The notes beneath the pieces are model-generated. The model did not search any database, was not told the DNA's origin, and saw only the letters and a list, made by a program, of their open reading frames with translations. The position numbers and the translations under genes are program-made. Positions 62,367 through 64,000 of a stretch of 64,000 nucleotides of DNA are shown here, in pieces (position 1 is the first letter of the stretch; each line of letters opens with the position of its first letter). Origin of the DNA: Gammaproteobacteria bacterium (GTDB taxonomy: Bacteria > Pseudomonadota > Gammaproteobacteria > SZUA-152). Location: contig JAVVEP010000009.1 of the NCBI GenBank assembly GCA_032250735.1, forward strand, positions 32,334 to 96,333, in the 5' to 3' direction.

Positions 62367-63356
62367 CTATTGCTTTTCTTTGCGCAGCATGTGTTGGTCA
62401 AACAGGCTGTTTTTCTTCATGCAAGGCGCACCATCACGCATCAAATCCTTACGCATAGAATTATTGAAACGCTCAGTCGTTATGCCACGGTTGACAGAGT
62501 CAAGGAACGTTGCACTACTGTCAGGGTCTTTGGCAATAAGATATCGCAATGATACTCGTTCGTTGGATCCAATATTTGGCTCAGTTCCATGAATGGTACA
62601 CGCATGCCATAGCGCAACATTCCCAGCACTACCAGTAATGACCTGTTGTATGGCTTCAACGCTCTGCCCCGACTTGCCGTGCACATAACGCCAACGATTA
62701 CTTGTTTCGTCAGCCAGGTCTATATCATGCGGAAACCCATCAACGCCTAGCCGGAATGAACCCGGAAGTAAATTTAGAGGCGCGGCATTTTCAGACACAT
62801 CATGTAGATACACATAGAGCGTGATAAAGTCGATATCCCGGTCTGCAAAATCAATGACGTCCTGATGAAAATCAATACCGTAGAAATAGGTTACATCCCG
62901 ATATTCAGGGCGAACGTAAGGCCCAAGATTATTAACCGGATTTTCACGAATTCGATCGAGTATCCAACGAGGTATCCACTCCTCTGGGACGCCACATATT
63001 ATTTTTTTTCTGATGATGCTATAGCCATTCCCAAGCAAGTTTCTTAACAATGAAGTAATCTCATCAGTATTTTCTATTGCTTGAGCAAAATCATCGTAGT
63101 TATCCAGAAGATTGAATCCCGGCTTAGGATTTACTCCGTTAAATACCGGGCTGCGAAGAAACGATTCTTCGTCCATAAACATCGCTGGTGAAAATTGCTT
63201 CTCAGATCTTATTTTTGCAAGCAGATCGGCGCATGTATTTACATCGACAACACTTCCTAGATCGACATAACCCTGCTTGCCAAACTGTTCCAGATTTTTC
63301 TCGATTTTGGTCATGACACTTTTCTCTCTGCTTACCGTATCCGTCACGCGGGCCAT
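62367..63356 (-). CDS. PhyH-like Fe(II)/2-oxoglutarate-dependent dioxygenase family protein
   Basis: HQD facial-triad motif (FHQDVIDF) and distal His (WHACTIHG). Low-GC island beside maf. Confidence 0.55.
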   Translation of the reverse strand: MARVTDTVSREKSVMTKIEKNLEQFGKQGYVDLGSVVDVNTCADLLAKIRSEKQFSPAMFMDEESFLRSPVFNGVNPKPGFNLLDNYDDFAQAIENTDEITSLLRNLLGNGYSIIRKKIICGVPEEWIPRWILDRIRENPVNNLGPYVRPEYRDVTYFYGIDFHQDVIDFADRDIDFITLYVYLHDVSENAAPLNLLPGSFRLGVDGFPHDIDLADETSNRWRYVHGKSGQSVEAIQQVITGSAGNVALWHACTIHGTEPNIGSNERVSLRYLIAKDPDSSATFLDSVNRGITTERFNNSMRKDLMRDGAPCMKKNSLFDQHMLRKEKQ

Positions 63357-64000
63357 ACGCCATTAAATTGTCCAGAACGATCAACTATGGCATGGGACAA
63401 TCTCCCGCAACCAACTTTCTTTGTCATTGAACGATTCCGTAGCACCACTAATTCGCCAGCAGATATAATCAGTGGCCGCCGATAGCGGCCACAGACTTCG
63501 TATCCGTTACTCTCGAATTCAGTGATGATCATATCCGAGGTCACCTGTTCAACAACTCCTATCTCATCACTATCACTGTCCGTTTTCATCGGCTTCCCAT
63601 TGATAGTGTTCAGCGAGACGACATATTTCACGTCAAGCCTTGCAACTTTATTGATATAGTTACGCACAACGTGCGGCTCCATTTCCTGGAAGGAGTAAGC
63701 ATTACAAAATACGTCAAATGGGCCTGATAATTTCTCGATTTCCCACGATGGCAGCGACCCACCCCTTAACCTCTTCGCTATATCATCTATCGAAATTAAC
63801 TCACAATCCCGTGAGTTCTGATAGTCCAGCACGGAGTCTTTTCCGAACAGAGTCTGAAGATAATAACTGGAGACCGCGACGAGTGGCGGAATATCGAGAT
63901 TGAGGTAGAAATTCCGCTCATCCTGCGCAAGAACGATCTCACCCAACGCGCCAAAGCCGCCACCGATCTCGAGAAACCGGGAAGGAGCTGAGTCAAGATG
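63344..64000 (-). CDS. Class I SAM-dependent methyltransferase, N-terminal end cut by the window edge
   Basis: The frame is open to 64000. Motif I LEIGGGFGALGE is encoded at ~63960-63995. The track ORF 'start' at 63946 is an internal TTG. Confidence 0.6.
   Translation of the reverse strand, partial: HLDSAPSRFLEIGGGFGALGEIVLAQDERNFYLNLDIPPLVAVSSYYLQTLFGKDSVLDYQNSRDCELISIDDIAKRLRGGSLPSWEIEKLSGPFDVFCNAYSFQEMEPHVVRNYINKVARLDVKYVVSLNTINGKPMKTDSDSDEIGVVEQVTSDMIITEFESNGYEVCGRYRRPLIISAGELVVLRNRSMTKKVGCGRLSHAIVDRSGQFNGVWPA

Overview
The window reads as a 64-kb gammaproteobacterial chromosomal segment with Pseudomonas-like gene order and a high-GC (~60-65%) backbone. Two lower-GC stretches (~4.1-14.4 kb and ~59.6-64 kb) look like accessory regions; GC values are by-eye estimates, not computed.

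Gene content, from left to right:
- 1-3.3 kb: a 5'-truncated acidic-repeat protein, then lexA followed by a Y-family (DinB-like) DNA polymerase, an SOS pair.
- 3.6-14.4 kb: a small high-GC hypothetical ORF, then a low-GC signalling island with a BarA/ArcB-like hybrid histidine kinase, a secreted membrane-anchored VWA protein, a small TM/acidic protein, a REC-TPR regulator, a soluble histidine kinase and a GAF-containing hybrid histidine kinase.
- 14.5-28.8 kb: class V aminotransferase, then a conserved minus-strand housekeeping block: tatD, pilZ, holB, tmk, mltG, pabC, pabB, fabF, acpP, fabG, fabD, fabH, plsX, rpmF, yceD.
- 29.2-34.9 kb: a two-subunit pyruvate carboxylase, a Lys/Ala-rich histone-H1/AlgP-like protein, and sbcB.
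- 35.1-45.4 kb: the most unusual locus. One arm encodes an FHA-GAF-HD-GYP protein and a PP2C phosphatase. The other arm encodes a hypothetical protein, a HEAT-repeat Hanks Ser/Thr kinase translationally coupled to two PilT/PilU-family ATPases, and two paralogous FHA proteins.
- 45.5-59.5 kb: a class II flagellar block (fliI, fliH, fliG, fliF, fliE, fleR, fleS, fleQ, two small ORFs, fliS, fliD, flaG) and a minimal 232-aa flagellin behind a sigma-28 promoter.
- 59.8-64 kb: a low-GC flagellin-modification island with Maf, a PhyH-like dioxygenase and a methyltransferase truncated by the window edge.

Non-coding elements: two copies of a ~108-bp MITE-like element with 27-bp terminal inverted repeats; a 185-bp nested inverted repeat; REP-like hairpins; several short tandem repeats; a GTTC-N7-GTTC motif and a triple 12-bp repeat at the lexA promoter; sigma-28 and sigma-54 promoter matches. 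No rRNA, tRNA, CRISPR, integrase or transposase genes were found.
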